This document shows positions 1 through 13,684 of a stretch of DNA of 64,000 nucleotides, one piece after another. Position 1 is the first letter of the stretch; each line of letters opens with the position of its first letter. The notes under the pieces were generated by a model that saw nothing but the letters and a program-made list of their open reading frames with translations, made no database searches and was not told the origin of the DNA. This DNA comes from Octopus sinensis (Eukaryota), in assembly GCF_006345805.1 (NCBI RefSeq), contig NC_043003.1:25916001-25980000 (forward strand), read 5' to 3'. The translations under genes were made by a program, and so were the position numbers.

Positions 1-140
1 CAACTGAATTTATTCACATGGCTTTGGTCATCCTGTGCCTTATAGTAGAAGATGCTTCCTCAAGGTGCCAAGCAGTGAGACTGAACCTGAAACCACATCT
101 TTGGGAAGTGAACTTCTTAACAACACAGACATATAAAAGA

Positions 141-500
141 CTAGCAGTATCGCCCGGCGTTGCTCGGGTTTGTTTCGACCCGCTGGAATTGTAATTTTGA
201 AAAGTAAAAATTTTGTGAACATTTTTCTGGTTGAAATATACCGAAAAGTGGCGACACAGCAGTGAAAAATGTCGTAAAAAAATAGGGATTTTCATAGAAA
301 AAAGCAGCTTTTTGATGTAAATAATTTTTGGTGTTAACATGGTCCGATTTGAATTTTATGTTCTACAGAAGGAAGAGCAACCCTTCTTCTATCATACTCT
401 CAATTTTGGTCAACTTGCGCCGCAGGGTCTCGGAGGAGATAGTGTTAGTTGAAGGTTACCAAACGTGGCGCACACAGACAACTTCAGCTTTATATAGAGA
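141..500 (-). mobile_element. Short non-autonomous Helitron
   Basis: Minus strand reads A|TCTCTATATAAAGCTGAAG...CCCGAGCAACGCCGGG hairpin...CTAG|T. Homologous to 17869-18259. Confidence 0.8.
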
Positions 501-1786
501 TAACACACACACATTAATACACATACATAGACACACACACACATGGATGTATATATGTACATCTGTCCACTTCTTGCAATATTTTTATCCTTCACTTACT
601 ACACACACACACACACACTTACACACACACAAAGACACACACATGCACACACACACACACACACACACGCACACACACACACCTTCTTAGCTTACAATTT
701 CTTTCTGTCAACAATTGACAACAGAAGTACGCTTGCCAATTAATACTACCAAAATTTAACGACAGAAAGTAAATTAAAAACCAATTTACCTTTTCTGTAT
801 TGTTATGGCAATCCGACCGTCGGTGTGTTTTTGCAAATGTGTTCAAATGAGAAGTGAGTTGTGTTTGGCGCCTTTTTTACTAATAACAAACACACACGTG
901 TGTGTGTGTTTGAGTGTTTGTATGTAGTTGTTTGAAACGTTTGTGTTTGTCACTGTCATATATGTATGTGTATGCGTGTGTGTGAGGAATGGCAAACCAG
1001 ATAGATAGCGCGCGAAGTTGTTTTGAAGTTCGCGCTCCGCTTGTGTGTGTGTGTGTGTGTGTGCGCGTGCTTTAGGTACACAGCACAGCATTACTCTCTC
1101 TGTCTCTTTACACACACTAACAAAAGCACTTCACTTACACACCACACTTTCTGTGTCGCACACCCCATCAAACACACACACACACACACACACTCACGCA
1201 CGCACACATGTACATCAATGCTTTCGGAGTGAAATGTTAAAATATTGAGTTTTCTCGAATTTTGTCTTAATTGGGGGTGAAATTGAAAGAAATTTTGTAT
1301 GGCATGACCGAATGGAAGTACTTGTAAAAATCATAGGTAAACTGTAATTGAAGAAATTGTGTGAGGAGTAAATCGTTATGTATTTATTTGTTTCTGTTTG
1401 CTGTTTTTTTTTTTTTGAGTAGTGGTTTAAGGTACACTTCTCTCGTTTTATAGAAATAGTTTCACTTTAATCGTTGCACACTTGCAAAGAGAAAGGAGTA
1501 GAAATTAGGGTGATAGCGTGAGTGAAGCAGATCGCTCCGTTTTTGTGTGTGTGTGTGCATGTGCTGTAGCCCACACTAAGAAAAGCACTTGACTTACACA
1601 CCACAATGTGAGTTTTCTCTAAATGTTGCTTAATTGGGGTTGAAATTTAAAAAACCGGACCTGGCACGACCCGATACATTCTACTCTTAAAAATGCTAGG
1701 TAAATTGTAATTGAAGAAATCCTATATTGTAGATTTCTATAAGAGACAAAGGGAGGCAGATAAAATCTGCCTTTTATAATAAGAGA
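501..1786 (-). mobile_element. Second Helitron 5' end and body abutting the short copy
   Basis: Minus strand begins A|TCTCTTATTATAAAAGGCAGATTTTATCTGCC. Internal partial duplication (~1113-1350 vs ~1572-1720). CpGs retained. Confidence 0.6.
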
Positions 1787-1900
1787 TAAATGGATCTAAT
1801 AGCTTTTCATAATTATTCCAATTTTTCATGAGGAAGTGCAAAATTCTTGTACCACAAATTTTTTTCTCTGTATGTTTAACCTAACATTTTCAAAGTTCAT

Positions 1901-2310
1901 GCAGGAGTGGCTGTGTGGTAAGTAGCTTGCCTACCAACCACATGGTTCTGGGTTCAGTCCCACTGCGTGGCATCTTGGGCAAGTGTCTTCTGCTATAGCC
2001 TCGGGCCGACCAATGCCTTGTGAGTGGATTTGGTAGACGGAAACTGAAAGAAGCCTGTCGTATATATGTATATATATGTATGTATGTGTATGTATATGTT
2101 TGTGTGTCTGTGTTTGTCCCTCTAGCATTGCTTGACAACCGATGCTGGTGTGTTTATGTCCTCGTCACTTAGCGGTTCGGCAAAAGAGACCGATAGAATA
2201 ACTACTGGGCTTACAAAGAATAAGTCCCTGGGTCGATTTGCTCGACTAAAGGCGGTGCTCCAGCATGGCCGCAGTCAAATGACTGAAACAAGTAAAAGAG
2301 AGTAAAGAGT
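1901..2310 (+). mobile_element. tRNA-derived SINE family B with internal (TA)n/(TG)n tract
   Basis: A/B-box head gcaggagtggctgtgtggtaag...ggttcagtccc. Other copies: 43990-44400 (+), 29170-29580 (-), 30560-30950 (-), 35465-35820 (-), 23135-24345 (+), 50410-50630 (3' half), 62890-63050 (-). Confidence 0.85.
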
Positions 2311-2878
2311 TTGTTTTATATTATTGTTTTATAATTCTGCAAATTTTTGTAACTCAAATTTAATTGTCTCTTCACATTTAAGCAACATACACTATAGAAT
2401 GAAATCAAAAACTTGATGCAATTAGTGAAAGAATGACAATATTTGACTAAGTATGAATAAAGACCAAAGATAAGAAATAAGAGAAAATTTAAGACAAAGC
2501 CAACAGATAAGAGAAGACCAATATAACTAAGTACCAGCTTGTAGGATACCTAAAAAAATCAAATAAAAAATTATTAGATAAGAAGAGGGAAGATGAGCTG
2601 TGGATAGCAGGCTGATTGTATGTGATATCATGTGAGTGAGAGAGAGAAATATGATGAAATAATGGTTTCACATTTTGGTACAAAGCCAGTAATTCAGGAG
2701 AGGGGATAAGTTGATTACATCGACCCCAGTGTTCGACTGGTACTTATTTTATCAATCCTGAAAAGATGCGAGGAAAAGTTGATCTTGGTGGAATTTGAAC
2801 TCAGAACTTAAAGACTGATGAAATGCTGCTTAACATTTTGTCCAATTTGCTAACGACTCTGCCAGCTTGCCACCTTAA

Positions 2879-3100
2879 CCCTTTTGTTACCATATTCATT
2901 TTGAGATGGTCTGTGTTTCTTTCAATTAATTTTAAATATAACAAAGAATTTAGTAAAATAACTTAGTTATCATTAAGCTAGTGTTAGGAACATAAATTGT
3001 GACTAAGGTTTGGTGGAAGATTTTAATTCAAAACTTATGAAAACAAGACATTTGTACTACAGAGCCAGAGGCCGTTTCAGCCGGGTTGGTATCAAAAGGG
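2879..3100. mobile_element. piggyBac-type MITE family 1
   Basis: TTAA|CCCTTTTGTTACCA...TGGTATCAAAAGGG|TTAA. Confidence 0.85.
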
Positions 3101-4087
3101 TTAAAGTATGATGAAATAATCCTTTCTGCTTAAGGCACAAGGCTTGAAATTTTAGGGGTTGGGAACTAATTGATCCCATTGACTCCAGTGTTTTCACTGA
3201 TACTTAATTTATCGACCCTGAAGGGATGAAAGGCAAAGTCAACCTTGGTGGAATTTGAACTCAGAACATACTCACACACAAATGCTGATGTTTGAAAAGG
3301 AAACTTTTTGCTGGTGGAGTAATACGATTTTTGCTCTCATGACTGGACTGAGGCTACGTTGTTTTCTCATTATTAATCAATTGTATATTAACGTTAAATT
3401 ATAACACTATATAGTGCAGTTAAGCTAGTTGTGTGACCACCCATTTTGGCAAAAAAATTTGCACACATTACATAGTCTTAAACTAATTTTGCCGGTAAAT
3501 TTGAAACGTTTATATTAATTTAGCATTAGAATTCTTCAAGTTGTTTTAAAATAGTTATTGTCTGTATCATTTGAAAGAGAAATAAATTCTGCATAAGGTG
3601 TAAAAGATAAAAATAATTTGTATGGTATTAGTAACAAAATATTTTGTAAGAAATAGAACTTTTATCATTGGTCTTAAATTTATTTTTGCCAGTGGAGCTT
3701 TGAAAAAATAACTGTTAAAATCGAACTGCACTTTTCAAAACTTGCACTAAAAATAAGGAAGAAGTAAAATTACTACCTGCTTTTATAGCAAGTTGATGCA
3801 GGTAGGTTATCCTCCCCCCCCTCGACTTTTAGTTCATGCAATTGAAAAACCTACATTATTTATGGGATGACCCAATATATAATATATATGTATGTATATA
3901 TTAGGAATAGGTTATTAGTGACATCAAAGTTTTGGTTTTGTTGCCTTCACCAGACTGTCTGTCAACATTTTCCTTGTAAAAATAAATTTAATTACTCTAG
4001 TTATATGTATTTAGTGATCCTTCAATTAATATTTGACTATTTTTATCTATAATTCCATTTAAATTCCAACATACTTACATATACATC

Positions 4088-4128
<41 letters not shown>

Positions 4129-4599
4129 ATGCATGTATGTATGTATGTATGAGAGAGAGAGATTAACTAAGCATTGGAAAAAATATTACAGTCTTTTAAC
4201 GGGTTTTCTTTCTGTTTGGACTTGGGAGTTTGGAGAATATACTGGCAATCATAAACTGTAACTAATTGGACAACTGATTAGCATAACGAGAAAGACCAAC
4301 ATTGATATTCATGACGATGATGATGATGTTTGAGTGAAGGAAAATAAAGACAGACAAGGATTCTTTGAAATATGTTTAAATGCAGGTATTTAAAAATATA
4401 TATGGTTAGCTGTAACCAATAATATAGGTTGAGTGAGAATGTGAGTGGACTAAGACAGATATAGGGGTCTGATTGGGTGGATGGGATGAGGTGGTGTTGT
4501 GTGGGGTACATGGAGAGAGTGACAAGTTGAGTGAAGACTTGCAGAGTTCTTTTGTCAGAGTTGACGTGTGGAATGTGAGTAAAAAAAAAAAGGTAAAGA

Positions 4600-5040
4600 T
4601 ACCTTCTTTAGTCATACCGATTCATAAGGGCATCCTCCGTGTCCGATGGCATCACTTTGTCTCCAACAATTTGGTGCGACACCAGTGCAAACTCACCTCC
4701 TTCTGACAATTCATCTTAACAAGACGTCTGCGTTGGCTGGGTCATGCCCTCCGTCGTCAACCAGAATTCATCTATGAAGCAATTGCCCCAGCTCCCCTTC
4801 AGGGTTGGCGAAAGCAATGTGGTGGACAATGAAAAACCTGACTGATGACAGTCAAGGCTGATCTGGAACCCAACCTAGGCCCTCATGTCGCTGCTAGAAT
4901 AGGGAGTGGTTGGAGATCATGCGGTCGTGAGCCTCAAATCGCCAGGCCTGGTCGGCATTTGTGAGAGATGCAGCATTGAGGATGAATGAAGCCAGCTCAA
5001 CCCACCCCGGGTGAATACTGTCTAAAACAAAAACAAAAAA
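4600..5040 (+). mobile_element. RTE-clade LINE 3' fragment
   Basis: RRLRWLGHALRR remnant followed by an A-rich repeat tail. Confidence 0.7.
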
Positions 5041-6075
5041 AAAAAGGGTCAACTGCCTGGTTTTATGGTATGTATATTCGTTACCTAGTTGGGGTACTGA
5101 TCCATCACAGGATTAGTCATTTTTGCCAGGTGAGTGGACTGGAGAAATGTGAAATGAAGTGTTTGCTCAAGAACACAACACATCGTGTGGTCCAGGAATG
5201 AAAACCACAATCTCACAATCATGAGTTCAACGCCTTAACCACTATGCCACATACTTTCACTGGAATGTGAGTGTGTGGTTTGCAAGTGTAAAACAGAATG
5301 AATGTACAGAGAATTTGAATGTGTCAGGAATATTCATGTGTGAAAGTGTATATGTGATTGGGCATGAAAGATGAATTAAGTGTAAGAGAATGTGTAGTTG
5401 TGTACCTGTGAGGATAGAGAAAGAGTATATGTATATTTCAGAATAGGTGTGGGTTCTTTTTCTTCTCTTTTTTTATGGTGTTTAGTCAAAGGAAGATGAG
5501 TAAGGCCTATAACCATTCCTGAGCTTATGGAACTATTAAGTTTAAGCCTTTAGCATTCAGTTTACTCTGTCAAATGTAATGCTTGTTTCGCCAGATTGCT
5601 TTGAATAATCATGCATTATCTTATAGCTTCAAGATTTCAATGATGAGATAGTATATTTTTAGAATGTCATTGTAGGGTGAGAGGCTGGATCTGGCCAGTT
5701 TAAACATAAAACAGGTAGAAAGTTTTGGTTCGATATGGCCAGTGTAACTGCTAGAAGGTTGAAAGAGGGGACTTTTAACGAAGTGGACTTCCAAGAACCA
5801 GGCAGTGAGTTAAACCATGTGATAGATCAAGTCTACAATATAAGCTTTGCATATGAGAGTAAAGACTGTGTACATGAGAGTATGTTGTGCCTTTGTTAGT
5901 GTGAATATCTGTAAAGGAATGTACAGGTATAAAACATAATATGCACATGGAAGACAAAGAGAGAGTGGATGTGTGTATTTGTGCATAGTGAGGAGTGTTT
6001 GAGTAGGCACATGAATATGAATGTGTAGATGGCTGTATATCTAGACACAAGTGTTTATGTTAGCTAGATATCTTG

Positions 6076-6142
<67 letters not shown>

Positions 6143-6449
6143 GTATGTATGCATAGCTAGCAGCAGAACTGTGCAACTGTCAAAGGGCAGAGGAGATAAA
6201 TTGAAGATATCTTCTACAGTATTCATAAATGGTATTTGTTTATCAATGTTTATTAAATTAATTTAAACACATTAGTACAATATAGATCGATATAAATTTT
6301 ATAGGAATCTCTATGATATGGTGAATAATAATATATTTGGTTTTTGTGGGCACCAGTTTAATAATTTTTAGTCCACTCAGCATGGACATAGATACATATA
6401 TTCAGAAGTAGAGATTAGATAAATAATACATATAAATGATACACACATA

Positions 6450-6498
<49 letters not shown>

Positions 6499-7767
6499 TT
6501 GGAAATGGATGTCGCATTCAATTAAATAATATATTATACATACATATATATATATATATATATACATACACACACACATGCATATATGGGTACAGGACAT
6601 CAACAACAGTGCATATAACATGAAAGCTTGGTTAACTATTCTTGTCTTTCTTCTTTTCTCCATACTGTCACTCTATTAGCATATATATACATTTTGCCTG
6701 GCCTTCTAAATTTTTTATCTTTGACACTGTATACATAAATTTCGTTCATTTATTTCATTCTGAGCACTGTATACAATAATTTCATTATTATTTAAGTTCA
6801 TTTTCTTTTCTCATAGTTAACCCCTTTCTTTATTCTTTTATTTTAACACACTATTTTTTCTCATTTTATCCCCATTTCAATTCATGCCAGTTTCTGTTGC
6901 TTTGCTGATTATTTTATACCTAATCTTATCATGTATTTTATTTATCCACATTTTTTAATTTAATTATTTACTCATCCTACCTACCATATCTCAGTTTAAT
7001 GCATTTACTACCTGTGATTCTTTTCTTTTATTCTTTTGGTGTCCTTTCTTATTTTATTTTACGTCAAACTGTTTGACATTTGTCTTCATCTTCCTATGTC
7101 TTCGGTATTTTTATCCCCTTAGGTAATATTTCTAACATCACATTCTTTTTTTACATTCACCTAGCATTTCATTGTATTATTATGTAACATATTTAGCCTT
7201 CCTACACGCAAATTTCTCTATATTTGTTTACAAACACTATAAATTTTGAAAATTTTCTCATCTCTTGATACTTTTTAACAATGGGCCTTTAAAAATCTTT
7301 ACCACCTATTGTGTGTGTGTGTAATTTGTTTGTAGTGATCAAATAAATAATTTGTTTATAGTGCCACACATTAGCTCACTCTCCTCATCAAATCAACATT
7401 GTCTGAACAGGTGCTTGGTGTACCACATGTCAGGTGCTGAAGTAATTGCAAGGCAAAATAAGATGAAGTGTTTTGCTCAAGAATGCAATGCACCACCTGG
7501 TCTAGAAACAGAAACACGATCTAGCAATTCTGAGTGCAACACCCTAACCACTTGTGTATATATACACGTATGAAATATGTGTCTTGGAATGGTATTCACC
7601 TTTAATTAACAATCAAGTCAAGGGTGCTTTAATTGCATCATTTGAATTGTTTGGCTGTTAGTCTTGCTCACCACCACCAGGTGTCATCGTTAAGCAACAA
7701 ACATGCGTGAATGTGTTTGTAGTGTTTGTAGGCATATATATTCTTGTATACATGTGTATACACACAT

Positions 7768-7800
<33 letters not shown>

Positions 7801-8414
7801 CACTCATGTGTGTGTATATTTATATATACATATATAGGGGAGGAAAAGTGAAGAATGTAAAAAGTTCTATTGAGCTGTCTAGAAATTAATTGCTTTTCTT
7901 TTGTCACATGCACTTCTCCATCTGTCTTGTTATTGGGTCAGACTGTCAAACCAAATTGTAAGGAACACCTCACTATTGTAAGGAACACTTCACTAACTTC
8001 CTTTATCAAAGAATGACCAAGCAGTTGGATACAGCAGAAGGGGGAGGCGTGCTTGGAAAGATTGAAAGAAATGTTGAATGGTCTTTCATTACGCTCTCCT
8101 AACACATAAATGAAAAAAATAAAAACCCTCATCACTTTCAGTCAATATTGCAGTCACTTTGTGGCTGTACAATCTGCTAGAAATAACAGCCAAATAACCC
8201 TCAAAATATACCTTTCCAAGTAAGGTAACATTTCCACATGGCCAGACATGCTTTCATGCAAGATGGAGATAGTAATGTGCATGCGTGCGCGCACACACAC
8301 ACACTCTTCGCTATCGACACCAGTGCTCTGCAACCAGTATGCCATGGCACACTGGTGTGCCATGAGACGATGCTTGGTGTGCTGCAATGTAACTTGAACA
8401 TAATTTTTTCCCCT

Positions 8415-8751
8415 ATATTTCATTTTTGGATTTGGTTTGCAAGATTCTTTATATGAGTTCGTGTGTTGAAGCATATTCTGTTGTGTCTGGGGAGAGTCAT
8501 TTTCTATTTGTGCCTCATAACATAACACACACACCGGTAAAATTTCCACTTATTTCTTATTTTTATTTTCCTAAAATTTTCATTGCATCTTGCAACCTTT
8601 TCGATAGTTTTGAGTCAAGACTATTGAAAAGGTGAGTGTGTTACGTTATAAGGCATAAATAGAAAATTATTCTCCCCAGACATAACAGAATATGCTTCAA
8701 CACACGAACTCATATAAAGAATCTTGCAAACCAAATCCAAAAACGAAATAT
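8415..8751. repeat. Foldback element with ~116-bp arms
   Basis: 8415-8530 is the near-perfect reverse complement of 8636-8751. Confidence 0.9.
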
Positions 8752-8786
8752 TGCAAACTGCTGTTTATATTAATAATACATATGTA

Positions 8787-9000
8787 TAAGGCGGTGAGCT
8801 GGCAGAAATGTTAGCATGCCGGGTGAAATGCTTAGCGGTATTTCATCTATCTTTACATTCTCAGTTCAAATTCTGCTGAGGTCGACTTTGCCTTTCATCC
8901 TTTCAGGGTCAATAAATTAAGTACCAGTTGTGTATTGGGGTCGATCTAATCGACTGCCCCACTCCCCAAAAATGTCAGGCCTTGTGCCTTGAGTAGAAAG
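8787..9000 (+). mobile_element. tRNA-derived SINE family A
   Basis: aaggcggtgagctggcagaa...gagttcaaatt...gtcgactttgcctttcatcctttc..gtcgataaattaagtaccag. About 20 copies in the window on both strands (e.g. 14595-14800, 18280-18490, 28358-28580, 40810-41035, 62260-62460). Confidence 0.85.
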
Positions 9001-9009
9001 GAATAATAC

Positions 9010-9041
<32 letters not shown>

Positions 9042-10719
9042 CATCATCATCATCATCATCGTTTACCGTCCATCTTCCATGCATGTATGGGTAGAACAGT
9101 CAAGAGCCAGCTAGGTAGAAAAACTACCCTAGGCTACTGTGTCTGTTTATGGCTGGATACCCTTCCTAACACCAACCACTCCACAAAATGAACTCAGTGC
9201 TTTTTACATTACACTTGCACAGGCGAGGTTAGTTTTGGCATGATTTTTACAGTTGGATGCCCTTCCAAATGCCGACTACTTTACAGAGTGGACTGGATGC
9301 TTTTAACGTGACATCAGCGCTGGTAGGGTAACCAAGTAACTCAAAAGACAAGGAATTATGAGAGGGGCAGGGCATTTGAGGACGAAAGATTAGAGTGTGA
9401 CAGAGACAGAGAGACAGAAGCAGGTATCTTGCCACAACAGAGGGGGCATTAGAGGAAGTGATGCAGTATCAGATGATGAAAGGTAACAGAGAAATAGAGA
9501 GGCAGAAGTAGGTGTCTTGCTATAAAGGAGGTACATAGTTATCCAGTGAGAGAGAAGAGATAGAGAGTGAGAGAGATACAAGAAAGAGGTCAGAAACAAG
9601 TGTGCTGATGTAAAGGAGATACTTGGTTACCTAGCCAGAGGAAAAACAAGAGGAGAGAGAGTGATCAAAGGGAAACAGAGAGAGAATTTCTTTATTAACC
9701 ATAAGGTTGAGAAAAAGAGAGGACAATACAAGGACAGACAAAACAAACATTGGGGTCCAGGTATCGAATGAGACAAAATGTATGAATAAACAAACAATTA
9801 AATGAGAATGAGTAATTTACAAAAAATGAAGCGGAGGACGCGGTTAACCACATGCTCACACTAAAGACTTAGCTTTCTCCTTTTTATATTCTCATTTAAA
9901 CAGGTTCTTTCACTCACAACATACTTGCTATAGACTTCCCTCTTTTACGAAACACACTTTGCGACAGGCATTTCTTCTCCACCCTTAGAGTAGGAAACAG
10001 CAAAAGTGTAAAAGAGAGCAGAAGAGATATGGTGTAGTGCTAGGGTATACTAACAAGTAACAAGGATCTGAGCATAGAACCTGGGTAGAAAAATAGGTTG
10101 TGTGTGTGTGGGGGGGGACTAGCAGTATAGTGAGCAGGGCAGTGAGGGCAAGAAAGGGGAAAATAATTATGAAGAGGAAATGCGGGGAAAAGAAAGATGC
10201 AGTTAGAAGAGGAGCTGTTTTTTGATTTCTTAGGGTAGATTGGGTGAAAAGTGTGTTGTTACAGGTCTAAAATCTAAATCTGACCCTCAAAAATGACTGG
10301 CCTTGTACTTGAATTCAAAACAGCTATCTTGAAATTTGAGCTCTGGAGTCAAGGGCATTCATTTTAGAGATATCAGTATGGATCAAAGTAGAGAGAAAAT
10401 TGAGATAAATGAAGTGGAGTGTCAGCTTGCAAAGTGTTGAGGGTGACTCGAGTCTTACAATCCCATAATTCTTTCTGTGTAGTTATGTTCTGTTTTTCTA
10501 TTTTTACTGCTGTTATATTTTTCCATTCATTTATGATTTTTTTTTTTAATATTTAATATTTTTGTGTTCTTTTAGCTTCATTTGTTTAAACACTTTTTTG
10601 CTGTTTTGTCTTGTTAAACATTTTAAAAAATGTTTGTTTTGGTGCCTTATTGACAAATACAGAATTACTACTACTACTCCTAATGATGATTATGATGATA
10701 ATCATGTTCTTATGGCTTC

Positions 10720-11015
10720 TAATCTTAACTGATTGGAAGTGTTATCATGTACATGTTTTGTCTTGGTATAAAAGATGGGCTACAGCAAATATTCTGCTCA
10801 ACACGACAAATTTGCTTGTCAGTTGTTTGACCATAACCATTTGAGCATGTCCCTTTGTGGCTGACAATATGTGCTTCCCTGATCACGAGCAGAAGTCGTG
10901 AAGAAGCATCATAGCCATGTTTTGAGAGGAATTCTTTGGGGTTTGAATAATTCACCTCTGGAAACATGGGTGTTTCGTTCATCATCCTTAAACAACTCTC
11001 ATTCAGGGACCTTTA
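10720..11015. repeat. Dispersed ~300-bp repeat (second copy 45410-45745)
   Basis: Shared ctgattggaagtgttatcatgtac...cttattcagggacctt. Confidence 0.75.
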
Positions 11016-12517
11016 TTATTACTTCATCAGCGTGATTCACAAACTTTAAGTTAGTCGATCAACATCACAGGACTGCTTGATCAGGGTTGATCAGGGCCTG
11101 TGTTCCAGTAACAATAATGAGGAGGATTTCTTATACAAATATGAAAATGTGGATTAAAAGCAGATGAGATATTGGGAAGGTGTGCTATTCAACCTTTAAC
11201 CTGGAAGAACTAATGATGTGGCTATGTCGAGCTGTCTTAGATAATGAAATGAGCTGGTTGATCTAGATAACGTTGATCTGTTTATTAATTATATCATTAG
11301 AAGATAATGTACAGTTGTATTATCAATTTGAGCATATTACTGTTTAATTTATCTATTTCATATTAAAGACCATTAGTTCACTTGGTAGATAAACCTATGC
11401 ACACCCACCTCACAACTAGTAGTACACCATTTCACTGTGACCTCCCACTTTTTCTACAGTTACTTGAATAGTTTATTTCACTGAAATTTTCATATCTATG
11501 CAATGTCTTTTGCTAATGTTACTAAAACATCTCCAATTCTCTGAACTTGCAATATTTATTCCCACCTGTGTGTTTCATGCTTGCATGGGGTGGATGAGTC
11601 TTTTCTCACAGTGTCTTGCCATTTGTTGCACTCTTTTGTCATCTTCTTTGTGAGTCTCAGCTTGTTGAGATCAACTTTTACCATTTTCTTCCATGTTCCT
11701 TCCACTTGGATTTCCTTTACTTAATGTTTCCTTTACTTAGCTTTCACCCTCCATAAACTTGTATGGGTACATGCTACATCAGATTCCAATTACACCCAAT
11801 CTATCTCTGGCTGCCATTCGTCATGCACATTACACATCCACTGGAGCTTAACACTAAATATATATATATTTTTTTGCACATTTTCTGGATTAACTGCTCA
11901 TATTTCACTGCTGTGCATCATTGCAATTCACACAAACCTGGAAACACTGTTCAGTAGAAATAAAAGAAATCAAATCTAAGACCATGGTTTTCTTTAACAA
12001 AAAATAGTGTCAAACAGTTTTAAATGTAAAAACGAAGCTGAAATTATTTAAGAAACCGGAAAAAAGAAAAGCCTGATCTAAAAAACTTTGAACAGGATAT
12101 TCTGAAACCTGATAGTTTGGATTAGGCTTTCATTTTCAGCAATGATTGAATTGTAAATAGTAACCAGAAAATCCCAGCCTTACCAATTATTGTAAAACAT
12201 AATATTTAAAACATGGCACTCACAATACATCATCATCGCCATTGTTTAATGTCCACTTATCTATGCTTGCATATGTCAGACAGAATTTGTTGAGGCAGAT
12301 TTTCTATGACTGAATGCTCTTCCTGGCGACCACCCTTGCCTATTTCAAAGCAAAATAATATTTCTCCATGGCCATGCATGATTTTTCATAGAAGACTGGA
12401 AATTGACCCTGAAAAGATGAAAGGCAAAGTCCACCTTGGCAAAGTCCATCATTTGTATGACAGTGACACCTCATTTACAATCATCACTTAATAACAACAG
12501 TACACACAACACAAATA

Positions 12518-13684
12518 CAGGGTGTTCCAAAATTAAGGCAACTGAAATTTTGGGCTCCAATAACTAACAATAAATGTGATAAGATATGAAAATTATACAT
12601 CATTATAAAAGCTTCGTGTGTAAGTAATTCCACAACAGCCAAAAAGCTTAAAATTAACCAAGCAACTGTCTGGAAAATTGCCAAGAAATTTCAAGAGACT
12701 GGTTCCTCTGGTGATCGACCTGGATGTGGCCAAAAAAGAAGTGTCTGGACTCCTCAGCTTATGAAAGTACCAGAGAAAAATATACAGCAGAATCCTCATC
12801 ATTCCGTCAGAAAACTGACTACCACGGCAAAAATAAGCCGAACATCGATGCATCGAATGCTGAAGGAGGATCTCAGGAACCACCCCTACAAGGTGATCTG
12901 TCATGTGCACATGCAAGTTTATAAGGCCATGAGACTGGAGAGAAGTCACCTTATCCTGCATCAGATTGCTGAAGGCATGCTGCCCAACCTGGTGTTCGCT
13001 GATGAAAAGAAATTTGACATCGAGCAGATAGTAAATCACCAGAATGACCAACTTTGAAGTGTATCTGTCTCCATGGAGGGTAGACTCGTAAATCGATGTC
13101 AAAATCCACAGGCACTTATGGTTTGGGCAGCTAAGACAGCCACTGGATGGCCTCCCTTCGTTTTTGTGCCCTCAGGTGTTAAAATTAACACCCAGTGATA
13201 CATTAGCAACATTCTGGAAGTTGAACTGCTTTCATGGGTGAATGAGCACTTTCAAGATGCACATTTTAGCTTCCAACAGGACTCAGTGCCATCCTACAGC
13301 TCCAAACAGACACAACACTGGAGTCAGAGAAACATTCTGTTGTTCATAGGCAAAAATGTATGACCCTCAAGAAGCCCCGATCTCAACCCATTGGATTTTT
13401 CTGTTTTGTCCATTTGGAGATGAGGATCTTGAACACTTCTCATGCTTTGCTTGATGCTCTGAAGGCAAAACTGCACCAGGAATAGGCTTTGATCCAGCAA
13501 GAAAAGCTGCGTGCCACATGTGAAGCATTCGGATCTAGACTTAAAGCCATGATTTGAAACAGAGGTGGTCATATTGAATAAATGTGGTAGTGTCATAATT
13601 GTGTTTCCTTTACCATTGCATATAACTATATTTTGCTTTGGCAAAATTGAAAAAAGTTGATTGCCTTAATTTTGGGGCACCCTG
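12518..13684 (+). mobile_element. Tc1/mariner superfamily, DD37D (maT/Bmmar1-like) transposon, decayed transposase
   Basis: TA|CAGGGTGTTCCAAAATTAAGGCAA...TTGCCTTAATTTTGGGGCACCCTG|TA. FADEKKF motif. FQQD (13280) to LNPLD (13394) has 37 intervening residues. In-frame stops present. Confidence 0.92.

Noticed and set aside
1901-1975. tRNA genes
   Set aside because: The A/B boxes are SINE heads continuing into repeat bodies. I could not fold a complete cloverleaf.
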